64,000 bases of DNA from Klebsormidium nitens (taxonomy: Eukaryota > Plantae > Klebsormidiophyceae): the NCBI GenBank assembly GCA_000708835.1, contig DF236984.1:62001-126000 (forward strand), read 5' to 3'. The notes below the pieces were generated by a model. It was not told the DNA's origin. It searched no databases and saw only the letters and a program-made list of their open reading frames with translations. Position numbers and translations under genes: made by a program. Positions 46,201 to 59,100 of the stretch are shown piece by piece. Position 1 is the first letter of the stretch; each line of letters opens with the position of its first letter.

Positions 46201-48560
46201 CTTCACGAATCTTTTCAATTGCTCTTTGGCTTCCCCAAGAATCCCCGCACGCCTTTTCTTCACTGCTATTTTCGGAGTTGCCGGTATCCGTACCGTGATT
46301 TCAACAATCTTTCCCGGCTCCTCCTCAGACTAGGCTCCTCCTCCTCCACCCCATCTCAAAAAGTTTGAAACTCTCGACGCAACCAAAGTTACAACTCGTC
46401 CAGCGACGTCCCCTGCGTACCTCATCCTGACCTAAGTCGCTGACGTGCGCCACTGACGTGCGCCACTGCTGGGCTGTGCACGCTGCCGGCGTTAGAAAAT
46501 CTGACGTCTGCTTGCAGTGGCCTGTCTAAGTTGCTGCCGTGCGCCACTGCTCGAATGCACTTTACGCCGTTCAAAAAGCTGACGTGTGCGAACGACGTTT
46601 TGACAGGTGGCGGGGCTTCTCCACGAGACGCTGCTGCTGGTTGGCTACTTTGCGCTCCTGCATCCAAGCAACCAGGCGGTGCTGCGGTGGGGGAAAAGTC
46701 CGACCATCCTCCAAAAGGTGAGGCTACGTTCATAATAGGCTTATCCTATGACGCTTCTAGCAATTGATTCATACTATTTGACTTCCTTCTGGGGTAACCC
46801 ACGTTTTGAATCAAGAAGCTAGAGCGATACATCCTGGCAACCAGGCGGTGCTTCGGTGGGGTGAAGAGTCCGACCCTTATCCAAAAGGTAAGGCTATAAA
46901 TTTGCTGCGCATGTAGCAGAGGTCGCTGTGCGAGCTGCCGTTCCCTTTTCTGTTCACTTCGACCAGCGACCGTTTGACAAATCCACTTTTGGCGACGCTC
47001 CTCTCGTCTTTCTTACCTACCGTCCCCAACTCTTAATTCATTTGTTTCGTCACGGCGAAAAGATTCTTACTTCCTAGGCTCCTCCCTCGCACTTGTGCGT
47101 GCTGCCTTTCCCGAGTTCAGGGACTCAGCTCTCCCGCTCATCCTGTCAGGGACGCTTTCACCCCACTTGCTATCAATCTTTCTTATTTCTCTGTCTTTTT
47201 TTTTCCGTGTCCTGATAGCAAACCAACTCTCCAGGCTTTTTGGCTGCATGTTGTGCGCACCTCCGCACCTTATTCAACGGCGCAGCTCAACGGCCCCCCT
47301 GTTTCTTTAATCCCTTTAGCCCGCCTCACATGGCGGCAGTCCTTCCATCGTTACTTCAGAGCAAAAGAAACCCAATCCAATTATCTCACACACATTCTCC
47401 TCAAGCAATCTTGACTTCTTCAGTCCCGCAAATGTGCCGTTCCCCTACTTCAGCGACCGGGCTCTCCTGCCTCTCCTCTCTGAAGCACGTGTGTTAGTCC
47501 GGTAGAAAAACTGTCTTCTTCCCTCTTCACACAGATTATCTTGCGATGATTGGATTTTCTGACGTGGTCTTTGGTGCAGTTGTGCGAGCTGCCGTTCCCC
47601 TACTTCAGCGATGCGGCCCTCCAGCCGCTCCTCTTCGGGACGCTCCTCTCCGCTTGTTACGGCAGCGACCGGAACCGTGACGTAGTCGAACGCGAGTTGA
47701 GCGCCGACATGCTCCTCAGTTTTCTGCAAACCTCCGCTTCAGAGCTTCCGGAAGCACTGCGCGGGGCGGCCGCGGCTGAGATGGAGAAAGGTGGGGGAAA
47801 AGGGAGAGGCTTGCTACCTGAAGAACTGAGCGTTGAGAGTGTAGTTGGGGAAGGCAAAATCGGTGAAACCTTGGGAGTTGGTTCCACGAAGCGGGCCGAT
47901 GTGAAAGGGGCGGGAGCGTCGGTTTCACGTGTTGACGGCACTGCTTTCAGGACGGAAGGGGAGCGGAATCCCGCAGCGAAACCCGAGATGGGCGGTGCTG
48001 CAGAAGCAGGGACGGCGGAAACGGAGAGAGCGGAAAGTGCCAACGAGGAAGGGGCTGCTGAAATTGACAGAGGGGCTGTTGACACGCCGCCAGGCGGTAC
48101 AGGGATTGTTCAGCGTCTTCGCAGTGCTGACGTGGGCAGAACGGAAACGGGCATACTCGAGAGCGCTGCAAGCTCTAGTGACGGCGCTTCGTCCAGAGCA
48201 AACAATGTCTCTGCCGCGGGTCAGAAAACGGACTCAGGGAGCGGCAAGGGCGCTGCGAAGACCGGCACTGAGCCTTCAAAACTAGGAGCGGACGAAAAGT
48301 CCGCTGCTCGACTTCGAGACTCCAAGCGGGAGTCTCGGAGTCGGCCTGGCAGTGCTGGAGCTAAGGGACCTAAGGATAGGGGTGAAAATAAGCTAGATAA
48401 CAGAGTTTTGAGTGCGGGAAACGCGAAGAGAGCGGAACCCCCAGCGGCGAAGAAAGCGAGCCAAGAGGTGGCTGCGCCCTTCCGGCTGCAGAATCGGTTC
48501 CCCGTTTCGATGTGGACTGCGGCTGAGGAGTACTTTGCAAAGCCGCCTGGGAAACACTAG
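31262..48560 (+). CDS. SCAPER: SCAPER-like protein (S-phase cyclin A-associated protein in the ER), ~2,900 aa, 18 exons
   Basis: Phase-consistent exons 31262-32476, 33061-35964, 36543-36758, 37234-38322, 38691-38801, 39115-39231, 39887-40026, 40416-40485, 40817-40900, 41300-41454, 41788-42394, 42900-43063, 43428-43695, 44480-44737, 45143-45316, 45993-46082, 46607-46717, 47580-48560. SCAPER_N-like ERLWSYLFD|NLGRSIDELYFLCELE...AIAWE|V, LHDKLMSPERRK and K|VNEIQFINT are present. The C-terminal part has GYFALLHPSNQAVLRWGKSPTILQK|LCELPFPYFSD...GTLLSACY and ends RFPVSMWTAAEEYF. Confidence 0.92.
36250..36475 (+). repeat. Two intronic copies of the acceptor and first ~24 codons of SCAPER exon 36543-36758
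   Basis: cag|AAT CTG GGC CGT TCC ATT TAC GAG... starts at 36387 and cag|AG-TTG GGC CGC TCG ATC GAC GAG... at 36256. Confidence 0.9.
39627..39810 (+). repeat. Two intronic copies of the acceptor and 5' end of SCAPER exon 39887-40026
   Basis: gccacgtgtccag|gt occurs at 39630, 39750 and the real acceptor at ~39874. Confidence 0.9.
46825..47490 (+). repeat. Copy of the tail and donor of exon 46607-46717, plus four degenerate copies of the head of the last SCAPER exon
   Basis: The tail copy is at 46830-46893. Head copies (tgtgcgagctgccgttccc...gacgctcctctc) are at ~46925, ~47092, ~47250 and ~47432. Confidence 0.85.
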
Positions 48561-50116
48561 GACTGTAACAGACTACAACTATCATTTGGCAGATCTACTA
48601 AGGCCGTCTTGCTTCGGGGACAAGGTTGATGTATTTTAATGAAGGGAGGTACTCAGAAAGCACGTATCCACAGAATGGCTCTTGAGTTATGCTTGTGATA
48701 AGTTGCCCTTGACGATAGAACAGTGACAGCCAGACCCTCGTTCTGGGAAAAATGTGGCTGCTTCACTATTACTAACCGTCTTTGCTTCTAAGGAAACGGA
48801 TTGGGAGGACATTGCTTCATCTGTAACTTAAGCAGGCTGGATTTTCAACAATTTCTCCGGTCAACAACGTGATGATCATGAATATATGTGCATGCAATTA
48901 CCAATTTGAGGCAGGAATGATCGAGCGGGTCTGAGTCGATTTCAACGGCGCTACCATCCCTACATGCATTCAATGCGTCACGGCTCAGCTGTTCTGTGCT
49001 TCTATAGATAATATATGCGCGATTGGCACAATATATGCAGATGATCGCTTGACTGAGTGCAAATCCATCTGCATAAGTGACCTGCACACACATGCCAGCA
49101 GACTCATGGAATATGTCCCGAGTGTTGGACTGTGAGTCTACTATAGTGGAATTATTTCCGGCCTGATCCTGTGCCGATGTAATTTTCACAACTTTCAACT
49201 TATCCAAGTAATGAATGATCCAACTCACTTATATACTGGTAAGTGTTAATGTGCGCGGCCCGCGCGGGCGGCCAGGTACGCAATGATGTCTTTGCGGTAG
49301 ATTCTGATCGGTTCTGCGCGCAAATGGTTTACTTAGATGTACCGCACTAATCATGTTGCATGGTTAGAGCTCTGAGTCCTCAGTGGGATTGGATGAGACG
49401 CCCATCAGAATGTGACGTACGTCCATGGCGCTGCGCATGTACACGGACAGCAAGTTCAGAGTCAACGGTTGCTGGTGATTGATTGATTGCCAGGCGCCTT
49501 AATAACCAATCCCATGTTCGTGTGGCATCCAAGCTCTTGTGCCCAATCAAATAAAGTCTTGAAACTTGACAAGAGAGCCTGCAGATTGAGATGATCAGCT
49601 CGTGCAACACCAGACAACTCTTACTTCTATCTAGCTACTAAGCAAGCAACGATGTGAGTACATGGTTCTCGCCAAAGCCCAACTAAGTTTAACCAGCTCA
49701 AATTGACGCATGCTTTAATCAACTTCCTAAAACTAACTAGTTGTTTCAACCAACAAGCGTTGGTACTTTCAACCAACAAGCACTGCGACTGACCTTCTAA
49801 CCAGTATATTCTAGGCCAATCATCAACATCACCCGCCAGGTTTTTCATTGTGAAATATGCCTCGCTTAAATAAAACCTCACCTTATAAGACTCTATCTGT
49901 CTTTGGCCTGCATTAAATATTGACCCTTATTCCACTTAATGGCCGGCCTAAATGACCCTAACGAGTTTGCAGAAAGATACCTGAAAGCCTGCACTACTTG
50001 CTCGACATACCCTGAACCACCACCAAAGATGCAGATTCCAAAGAAGATCCACGAAGTTGCATCTCCTGATTGCAGCCGCCCATTCTCTAGCATGTTCGTC
50101 CTGCGGAGTCTCTCTC

Positions 50117-53100
50117 TCAATCCTCCGTTCCCGTGTCGTCATCGCCGTCCACTGCACAATAAGCTCAGGTCAGCCACAACAGTCGAACATGGCTAGCCAC
50201 AACAACAGAACCACGAATCATTCGATCTGCTCATGCAAGCCGTCTTCTCAGATTGTGTGTGCACATTTAGCGCTCGATCGAGGAGCAACACTTTGTGCCG
50301 GAGGATTGTTGCGAAGGGTTGCGGCGGACCCGCGATTGATTGGCTGGCTTGTTTCATTTCAACCGCGCGAGAAGTGATGCACGGAAACTCACTATCCTCT
50401 GGAGAGCCTTGAGCCTCAGCATTGTATAGGTCAGTTTCCGAGAGCATGCCGCTCTTGACCAAGGCTCCAATGACGGTCGTGCACATGCCCTCAATCCTCG
50501 CCTCGCTGTCTATCAGTCGCCTCTCCATCTTGGACATGCCGCTCTGTGTACATGGAAAGGAGGACGCTTAGGATGATGGTTCTAATGCTGATCATAGGAA
50601 TACAACTCCATCTACAAACCGATTGCAAAGTCTGCATGATTATGGCACGATCAAAATCGAAGATCGCATGATGATCATGCCACTTGGTGATGCTTGCATC
50701 AAGTTTTGCGCTTCTTAGGAACTTCGGATTGCTTTTGATACACTTGCATACTTAGATCTGGCGGTTATGTTAGTCCCACCCTGACTGTACCGTATGCCAA
50801 GATTATAAGTTTTGACGAGCTCACCTTGACCTCGTGCAACTCCTTGTTCTTCTTGACGGGTTTCTTTGACTTCGAAGCCCTCTCTGTGACATGTTTACCG
50901 TACATCGCAAGTATCTGTCTCGCCAACCTCTGAGGATCATGCGATCCGACGTCGTCGGCCTGCACCATGGTTTGAGGGACGCACAAAATTCATATTGAAA
51001 CGGGTGCAAGAACTACTCGAGTTATCAGCGACCGGCCCCTCTATGTCACCATCAGCCCCTTTGCTACATTGAAACGGGACCGTAGACGATTTTCAAAACA
51101 ATCAAGTGCAGCTCCTCCTTGAGAGTCTCCAATCGAGCTTTGCCTTAGGCCAAATTACATGCAACTTGAGAGAATGTTCTGCTTTTGAATTCTTAGCCTG
51201 GCCTGCCGATCCTTGGGCAGAGTGTTGGTTCTAATTGCAACTCAATGAGCAACACAAGAAGAGTAGAATTTTCACCACATGCAAGAATTTTGTTATGAAG
51301 AACAGGTCAAGAACAACCTCCATGCGCCGCCGTTCAAAGATCTCTTGTAGGGCGTCCAAGTCAAGCTGCCGTCCATCGAGGGTTAGAACCAGCCTTTCGC
51401 TCAGTTCACCATCTTCTCCGGTGGATTCAAAGTCCGATCCCTGCACACAAAAGGTCTTGATACTCAAAAAGCAATTAATGCAGACCTTATCTGAATCTGC
51501 TTTGAGCCAGACAAGTAGCTTATTGAGAACTTGCCCTCTGCATGAGTGAGAGATCTAACTTCTACGCACAAAAGACCTTTGCAAGCACCAATTCTCAATA
51601 GTAGGTGCTGCAGATAGAAGGTGCTCCACTTTCGAGTGAGTTCCAAGCAGAATATCAACCTTCCCATACCGGTGAATCTCCCCTTCGCCCTACTAAGTTC
51701 GTAGTGAAAGGCCTCTTATGAATCATGCAGAGACGTCGAGGAGCAGGAACTCTTCTAAGGCAAGTTCCACCAACATGCTTCATTATTTTGTTGTCTCGGG
51801 ATCTTCCAAGCTGAGATGCACCTACTTCCGTATATACGCACCTTGGATCGGTTGCCGTCCTCGACAACCTTCCTCTTCTTCGCACCCCAGGCTTTCAGCT
51901 GCTTCATCACCTTGGCATCCGATAGCTGGCGCTTGAACGGCCTCTCGATCTCGTACTTACCAAACTCCACCACTTCTTCCACAATGGTAGGAGCTGTTTC
52001 CGTTCGTTCCTGAGCACATTAGAGTAGCAAAATAAGCTTACGTATCGACTCTGACTGTACTAGTAAACAGACTTCTGGTGCTAGCTAGTGTGCTCCGGTC
52101 AGATTCGGGGGGCCCTCATGTCCATTTGCCGTTCAGATTCTGAGTGCTTGTATGTCCGGGTCAAGATTGAGCAACACCCACGAGCATCAGCTTTGAGTAA
52201 GGACAACTTGGACCGTTGGAGCTGCTTTGTGGCAGAAAAAAAAGCTTTCCGTGCGCCTTGCACCACAATCGAGGTATTTTTGTCCTTGATATATTGCAAT
52301 TTACAGTAGGCTTAGCCCTTTGCATTATCCAATCGTAGCCAATCATTTTCGATCAAATGTTGTTGCTAACCAACTCACCTTTACATCGGCGAATGCATCA
52401 ACAGCAATGGCAACCCTGCAGGCCATTGCGTTCGAGAAACAAGTCAGTGCCGGGGAGAACTTTATACCCGATCCTGGTGCAAGTTGCCAAATAGGTTTTG
52501 AGAGCATCAAAAGCTAGACGGTTGAGAATCGAAGATAAAGCATTACAGACCAAAATTCTTGTTCAAGTATTAGGCCTTCTAGCAGGAAACGGATTAGCGG
52601 TTGCTGATCCAGAGACTGTGCTGAACTGGTACATGGACTGTACTAATAATGACCGGTACGATCTTATGAAGAAGGGTTGGTATAACGGTTACCAGGAAAG
52701 GGGAATCTGTTGGCAAGCTTTGATGCATTCTCAAATCCAAGCTTAGGGAGAACGTGTGCTCACAAGAAGTTCATCACAACCATCACCATGAAGATATTGA
52801 AGGACCAGAAGAACAGTTGTGAGGCCCAAAACTGCCAGCCGTCAAGTGCTAGGAAGTTGGATTGCGCCTGTAAGTAGACGAGAGTATGTCTTCACATTCC
52901 CTGCGACCCAAGTCATCCGAATGCTTTCTACCAGCTCAGTATTTTACTCATAGGTGACAAACACGTGAATGCAAGAAAAGGACTTCAAGTTTGCGAATGA
53001 CACCACAAATGCTCCTAGTTGCCAACAACCAGAATACGGACTTCATGCATGCCTTGCCGGCCAGCTAGAGAGTCGAGGGTGCGTACCACATGCGTAACCA

Positions 53101-56100
53101 TCACGGGTCCAAGTCAGGAGCGTCAGCTTACTTGAGTATCCCCTAGGATGATGGCAAAACACGTCGCCATTGAGAATCCCAACGTCCGGAACTGAAGTGG
53201 AAGAAGAAGAAGGTGCGTCAGTCAAAGTTAAGGTCCTTCAGGCCGAATGTAATGAAAGTGATGCGAGGGTCAGAAGGGTGTGAGAGCTCACACGTGTCTT
53301 GAAAGTCTTAAGACTGAAGCACAAGTCACTGCATATGCGTGTTCCACTATTTGATCGAGGTGCTTTATCCTTCGGTTCAACGGCCCCAATTTTGATGCAC
53401 GCAACAATCCTCTCCGAATCAGCATGCGCGAAGTGACGCTTTTCTGGCTTCGTTTCCAGGATCAAGTGCAATTCGCCTCCAGAATTGAGTTCAACGGCCC
53501 TTTTGCCCGAACTTGCGCTGCATAAGAGAGCTATAGACCTGACCGCATGTCAACAAGATCCTAAGAAGATCGAATAAGAGGTGGAAGCACTCACATACTC
53601 CACTGAACTTCCGACAATGATATGTCCCATGAAGGAGTACCCAATGAAAATGAGGCCCCAGAGCACGAAGAAGTTGAGAAGGTCCGGGCCCGCCTCCGCA
53701 AGCGTACGAGTGAGGACACCCATACGGGGCTGGAAGTCCAAGAGCTTCAGAAGGCGCAAGATCATGAAGAAGATGCTGCAAACAAGCAAGTGAAGTGTCA
53801 GCGTGTCAACGCAGCTCCGGCTTCAAGAGCAACACTTCGTTTGTTGTTAGCAAGCTTGTTGTGTCGATGCAGAAGGTTTCATGGATGTGGTCTGCTCTGC
53901 CTTTCTACAGAGGGAGGTAAGGATTTGCTAAATAACCAAGTATTTCTATTTATCGTTACAAGGACGGTTTTTGGGAGACACTTGCCCTTGTCTTTTCTAT
54001 TAAGACGTCTCTAACGGAGTCTCTTAGCTCGCCTTCCAAATCTGAAACAAACAATTCTTATAACTTGGGCAGATTGCGGTTCTCAGTAGGGGAAAGATTT
54101 GCCAGGTGAATTACTCACTTGATACCGTTAATGCTGATGTAAGCCGCTCGGTAGGTGGTCAAAGCCTTGAGTCTGTTCAGCATGTACGCGAAGTCGCCAA
54201 GCTCGGAGCCGTCCGTTTTCAACTGGAAGAAGCGGGCCTCTGCATTTAGGTCCTCGTAGATGTCGTAGCTCACTTGCGCTTTGAACCCGGGCGTTAGCCC
54301 AAATATGAATATGATCCTGCAAAGTGAACGGAGCGGCGTTTGCGCCTTTGATGTACAACTCAAGCTGTTTCAATCACTGAGAATTCGGAATGCAAAATCT
54401 TGGGACAAGGATATTACCATTAAAGACAACTTGAACAGGTTCAAGTTCCTCGCTCAATCAAAGTGTGACCAGCTAAACGTGGCAGCAAGGAACACGACTT
54501 TGCCAGTCACATTATATCTAAACAAAGGCGGGTACATAGAAGAACACGCTTTACATCATGCGAAACCTTCAAGGTCGACAATGAGCAACTTGGCCAAAGA
54601 CGCGAACACATATCAACGTGGGTGGACTGAAACCACTGCAGTAGCTAAGGGACTTTGAATGACACCTACCTCATCACCAACGCCGTCAGTAGCAACGCGA
54701 TTGAGATTGCGTCTATGTAATTCCAGAAGGAGTTGAAGTGACGGAGGAACGATCCGGTTTTCCGTTTTATGGCTACCATGTCTTTGATCTCGGAGTAGGT
54801 GGCAAAGAGGATGCCAAAAGTGAGGAGGATCTCAAGTGCTGCTCTCGCATAGGATTTCGGGGTCAGGTAGGCTTGTAGGTCAACTGCAAAAAGAGTATTG
54901 AAAATGCGGCGTTAGCGTGAGGATACAGCTAGTTCGAACCGCTTATCCAGCCCATGCGTTGCCACTTTTTTAGAATCTTCAAGAGTGCATACAACCGACA
55001 GGTACAGGAAACGCTCCATACAGAGTTCAGCTCCCAGGAATTCAAACTGAAGTCTGGAGAGTCGTCCTGAGCCCCAAAATGATGTTGAGTTACCAAGGGG
55101 TGCTCTACCGGAATGCAGAACAAGAAACCTGCTGGAGGAATGAATTGGCATCCTTACTTGCGAAAGTGGACTGCTTGATCGATATCTTCCCCGCAGTTAG
55201 GAACGCCATTCTGAGCTCAAAGAAGATGAACATGTTGTCGAAACCTAAAGAACAGAGGCACATGTTAGTGTTAAGCAATAGGGCTTCCACCATAAAGGAG
55301 AGCCCGAGAGATCCGAATCCCCAATTCTTCCAAGGAGCAGTTGGTCTCCGGAGCGACTCTGCAAGTTTTGAATCACGACAAGCTGTTCCAGCTGGCCCGC
55401 AACCTATTTGGTTGCTTTTATACAGCTCACCGATTGTGACTGTGCAAAGAGGTCTTTGGACGCTTCCCTGAAAAGCTCAGAGCAAGCCAAGCGATAGTCT
55501 GCCACGTAAATGCAGATCAAAATGCAGCCCCGAATCACAAAAGAGAGGCTAAAATTCAGCAGATCCCTTCCCAGAGCGGCGTTCGAGATTCACATGTTGA
55601 ACTTACAATCTCATCTTCGACAGGCAGAACCTTCGCTACACCCAGAATGCTTACCGTTGTATGTGGGGAGCCGCAACGTCAGCGTCTCGGTTGCATTATC
55701 AAGAAACAGTCCATCTACCAGGTACTGAAGCCGGTCCGAAGCACCCCCTTGGTCGAGATCGACATCAATGACGATCGGGAATCCCGATGAGAGTCCCTGT
55801 GGTAAACACGAAGGAATGAACTCAGGACTTCCGTGTTCCACCTGACTGGGGTTGGAAACAGATACTCAAAACCCGCCGCGGGCACGTCTGACAGCCATCC
55901 AGAATATCGTCGCCACACGTTTAACCAACGCAAACTAAATCCTTGGTCTGCATTCAGCTTCAAATTCGGCAAATAAGGAGGTGCAGCAAGGGACTTGTTC
56001 CCAGGGACTTGACGACTTTCAGACAAACAGAAATTCTCTTCAAAGCATCAGACTTTGCAGCAGTTTTGGAAACCATTGCATGTTGAAGTCGAATCCTGAC

Positions 56101-59100
56101 AGGCGACTTTTGGACAAAATTTGCAGTTCAATGTCGAAAGCGAAAGCGAATTGTCGCGCATCTAGAACCTGAATGGAGTCGACAAGAAACTTTAGTAAGG
56201 CGTTCAGCCTCTCGTAATTCTCTCTGAAGTTCGTTTTCGCTCACCAGCCAGGCTGCACCCTTGTTTGAATAGCTCCTCAGCTAAATCCTCGAAATAAAGC
56301 GACTGCGTGACAAAGGCGTGTATAGTGCAACTGCGCTCTCACCGCCACTTCGGCGGGGAAGAAACCCCGCGGTGTGCCCCGAAGGTTTTGCTCGTCAGGG
56401 GCGTAGAACTGGCTGACTCTTGGTTGGACATCGATGTTGTACAGAGGGGAGGCGGGGACAAAGACCGGGTCGACTCCATACGGTTCAGTGGAGGTCCCGC
56501 TTCCGCATGATTGGAAAAGGTTGAGGAACCTGCGGAGGGACGACAAATCCAAGCAAACATCGGGCGACAACTCAAAAAAGGTCTAGGTCTCAATGAACAG
56601 TCGGATTTTGGTTTGCAGTGGAAAGCTGTTGTCGGTTTATTTGCCAGCTTCGCAATCGCAGCTCAGCGCAAGAGGTCCGTGCTCAGCACGGATGAAGTTT
56701 CCATTCGCGCGGCCTTCTAGAGCAACAGTTTTTGCACATGAATCTGGACTTGAAGTGATCAGAGATGGTCCGCAGCAGGAAGGTAACCTTCCACCGGCAA
56801 GTCACTGCGCATTCTAGACAATCACGACCATGTAAGAGACGATATCTGACGATCACCTTTAAAAACGTTGCTTACCGTTTGCTCGTGCAAGGAGAACCTC
56901 GGTAGCGCGTCTGGTGAATGAGAAGGCCTCCGAGAACGCTGCGGAAAGCAATTGAAACACATGAGTAGTGACCAAATTTCTTCGCTTCGGAAGACATCCT
57001 TAAAAAACGAGCTCCTCCTGTGAAGCACCGAGTTACTTGGACACAGATGTTTGGGTGCCGGCTTCGCGAAATTTGCAATAACGGTTGTTATGAGGATAGA
57101 AACAAAGTCAAACCTTTGTCGATCTTTTCGTCGAAAGTGGCTTCGAGTCCTTGCCGGTGTCCTTCTTACGAAGAAACCACTCTATACAAAGCCGACGCCT
57201 TGATCAGTACTTCCTCAAGCGGCACAAACACCGCGCGGAAGAGGGGACCCTACCGGTTGTGATTTGTAGCAAAGCGCTCTCTGTCGTAGTTTGCAATGGC
57301 CCCAACACCCTCCGAGCTGCTCTGGATGATGACGTTGAATGGGTACTTCTTGTTCACACCGATGAACTCCGCCTGACAGCACGCTGCATAAAAGGAGCAC
57401 CAACTTCACATAGCGCTCGGGTTCACGGAGACAAGGGATGATTGTGTATATACACAAGATCTGATCAAAGTGTTTAAAGTCCACAGAGAACCATATACGC
57501 TTGGGCATTTGGGTGGATCGGCCAGCCGCGTTCTGCGAGAAGAATCCACTATCTTGCCTTGGAGCAGGACGCACTGAGAAGACCTAAGACCCCGTGGCCT
57601 GCCTCAGTCCATACTGTGTACCAATTCCATCCCTTACAGGCTGTCTGAACAATTGAAAACGAAGCCGATTTGGCGGAGATGGTGAGCGGCTCCATTCTGC
57701 GGCCCTGAGTTTCGCATCGATCGATTAGAAAAAAACGGGATGCTACTGCAGCAGGGGCAAACTTTGCAGCAAAATATCTGTAAGATAAAGGGTTTGATAA
57801 GCATGTCTAGTGCTTACCTGCGTTTGGTCCCTTTGTCTGGCCGGCAGGACACTGGCAGAACGCGTCCGAGTTGATGGACACCGTGTTTGCCGACGAGATA
57901 ATGTTGGCAGGATCGGGACAGGAGCAATCTGCGGCGTTGAAAATGAGAAGCTCAGCATGCAGCTTTTTGAGGCTGATGTGTATTTGTCGGTGAATCTGGG
58001 CCGCCATGAATCCGAGTCTCTTCTCAGACCGAGAAATTTTTACCATACCGCACAGACGGGATCCGTAATTAATATCAGGGTACGACGAGCAGCTGACTGC
58101 CTGGAAGTTCAGATATCCCGCACTGACCGTAAGTCGAAATACCCACCAGCCACTTTGACCCCAGAGCCAGGAAAAAGAAGCTCGCAGTTCCTTACCAAAG
58201 GGCTTGCACATCGATGCCGCTTCTATAATCAGATCGGTTGAAAGGCTCTGCCGACAGAGTACCGGCAGCCTAGGAAGCCGTCTTACATGGATTCTATCTA
58301 CTACCGTCTGTCTGACGAAGATTAATCTATGAGCAAACATCAAAATCAAGCAAAAGCAGACCTTGGAAGGCCATTCTAGCCTCCTGAAAGGCGGCACTTG
58401 AATTCAGGTCAGATCAAAAGTACGGTCGCGCCATTCGAACTTTCTGGACTGAAGCAGCTCTAGAATGTATAAGCTCACCCCCTCCGTCGAAACTGCACTC
58501 GGATGTCAGGCAGTTGAAGCTCGCGTCGCACCGCCCGTTGTTCAACAAGCGGATGGGGCACCCGGGGGAGCACTCCAAATCCTCTTGAGGTAAAGTGGCA
58601 CCTGGGGACGCGATATTCTCACAACTTGAGTACTTTCCCATCTGACGAGCGAAGAAGCGGCTTCTTGACTCGAGCGGATGAATCTCTTCGAAAAGCTTGA
58701 ACTTGAGGTCTGCCAGCTTGCCCAGCAGGTTCTCAAAGCGGTGGCGTGAGCGCCAGTGTGGCTTTGGCAACGGATTAGGTGTCAGAATCGACTGTTGGTC
58801 GCCACAAGTCCAACACCAAACGCATTTGCGGGGCAACCCGCATCGTCAGATTCCGGTGAAAACATCGCGTGTGCACGGATCTATCCGGTTACGCCCACCT
58901 ACCGGCTCTGAAAAGGAAGGACGCGATTGCACAGAGTCATGTGGCAAACCGCCCGTCAAACCCTGCTCCTTACAACACGGTTTGTGTATCACCGGTAGCT
59001 AACCTAGCCCGAGCAAAGTCTCTCTTATCTTTGGCAAGAGAGGGCACCACGTATGTAGGAAGGCAACGGTCGGACTTGGCATCTGCCTTGAGCGTTAGTC

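Noticed and set aside
49744-49782. Direct repeat tttcaaccaacaagc x2, and a 12-bp palindrome gcccgcgcgggc near 49258
   Set aside because: Too short and isolated to support a functional or mobile-element call.
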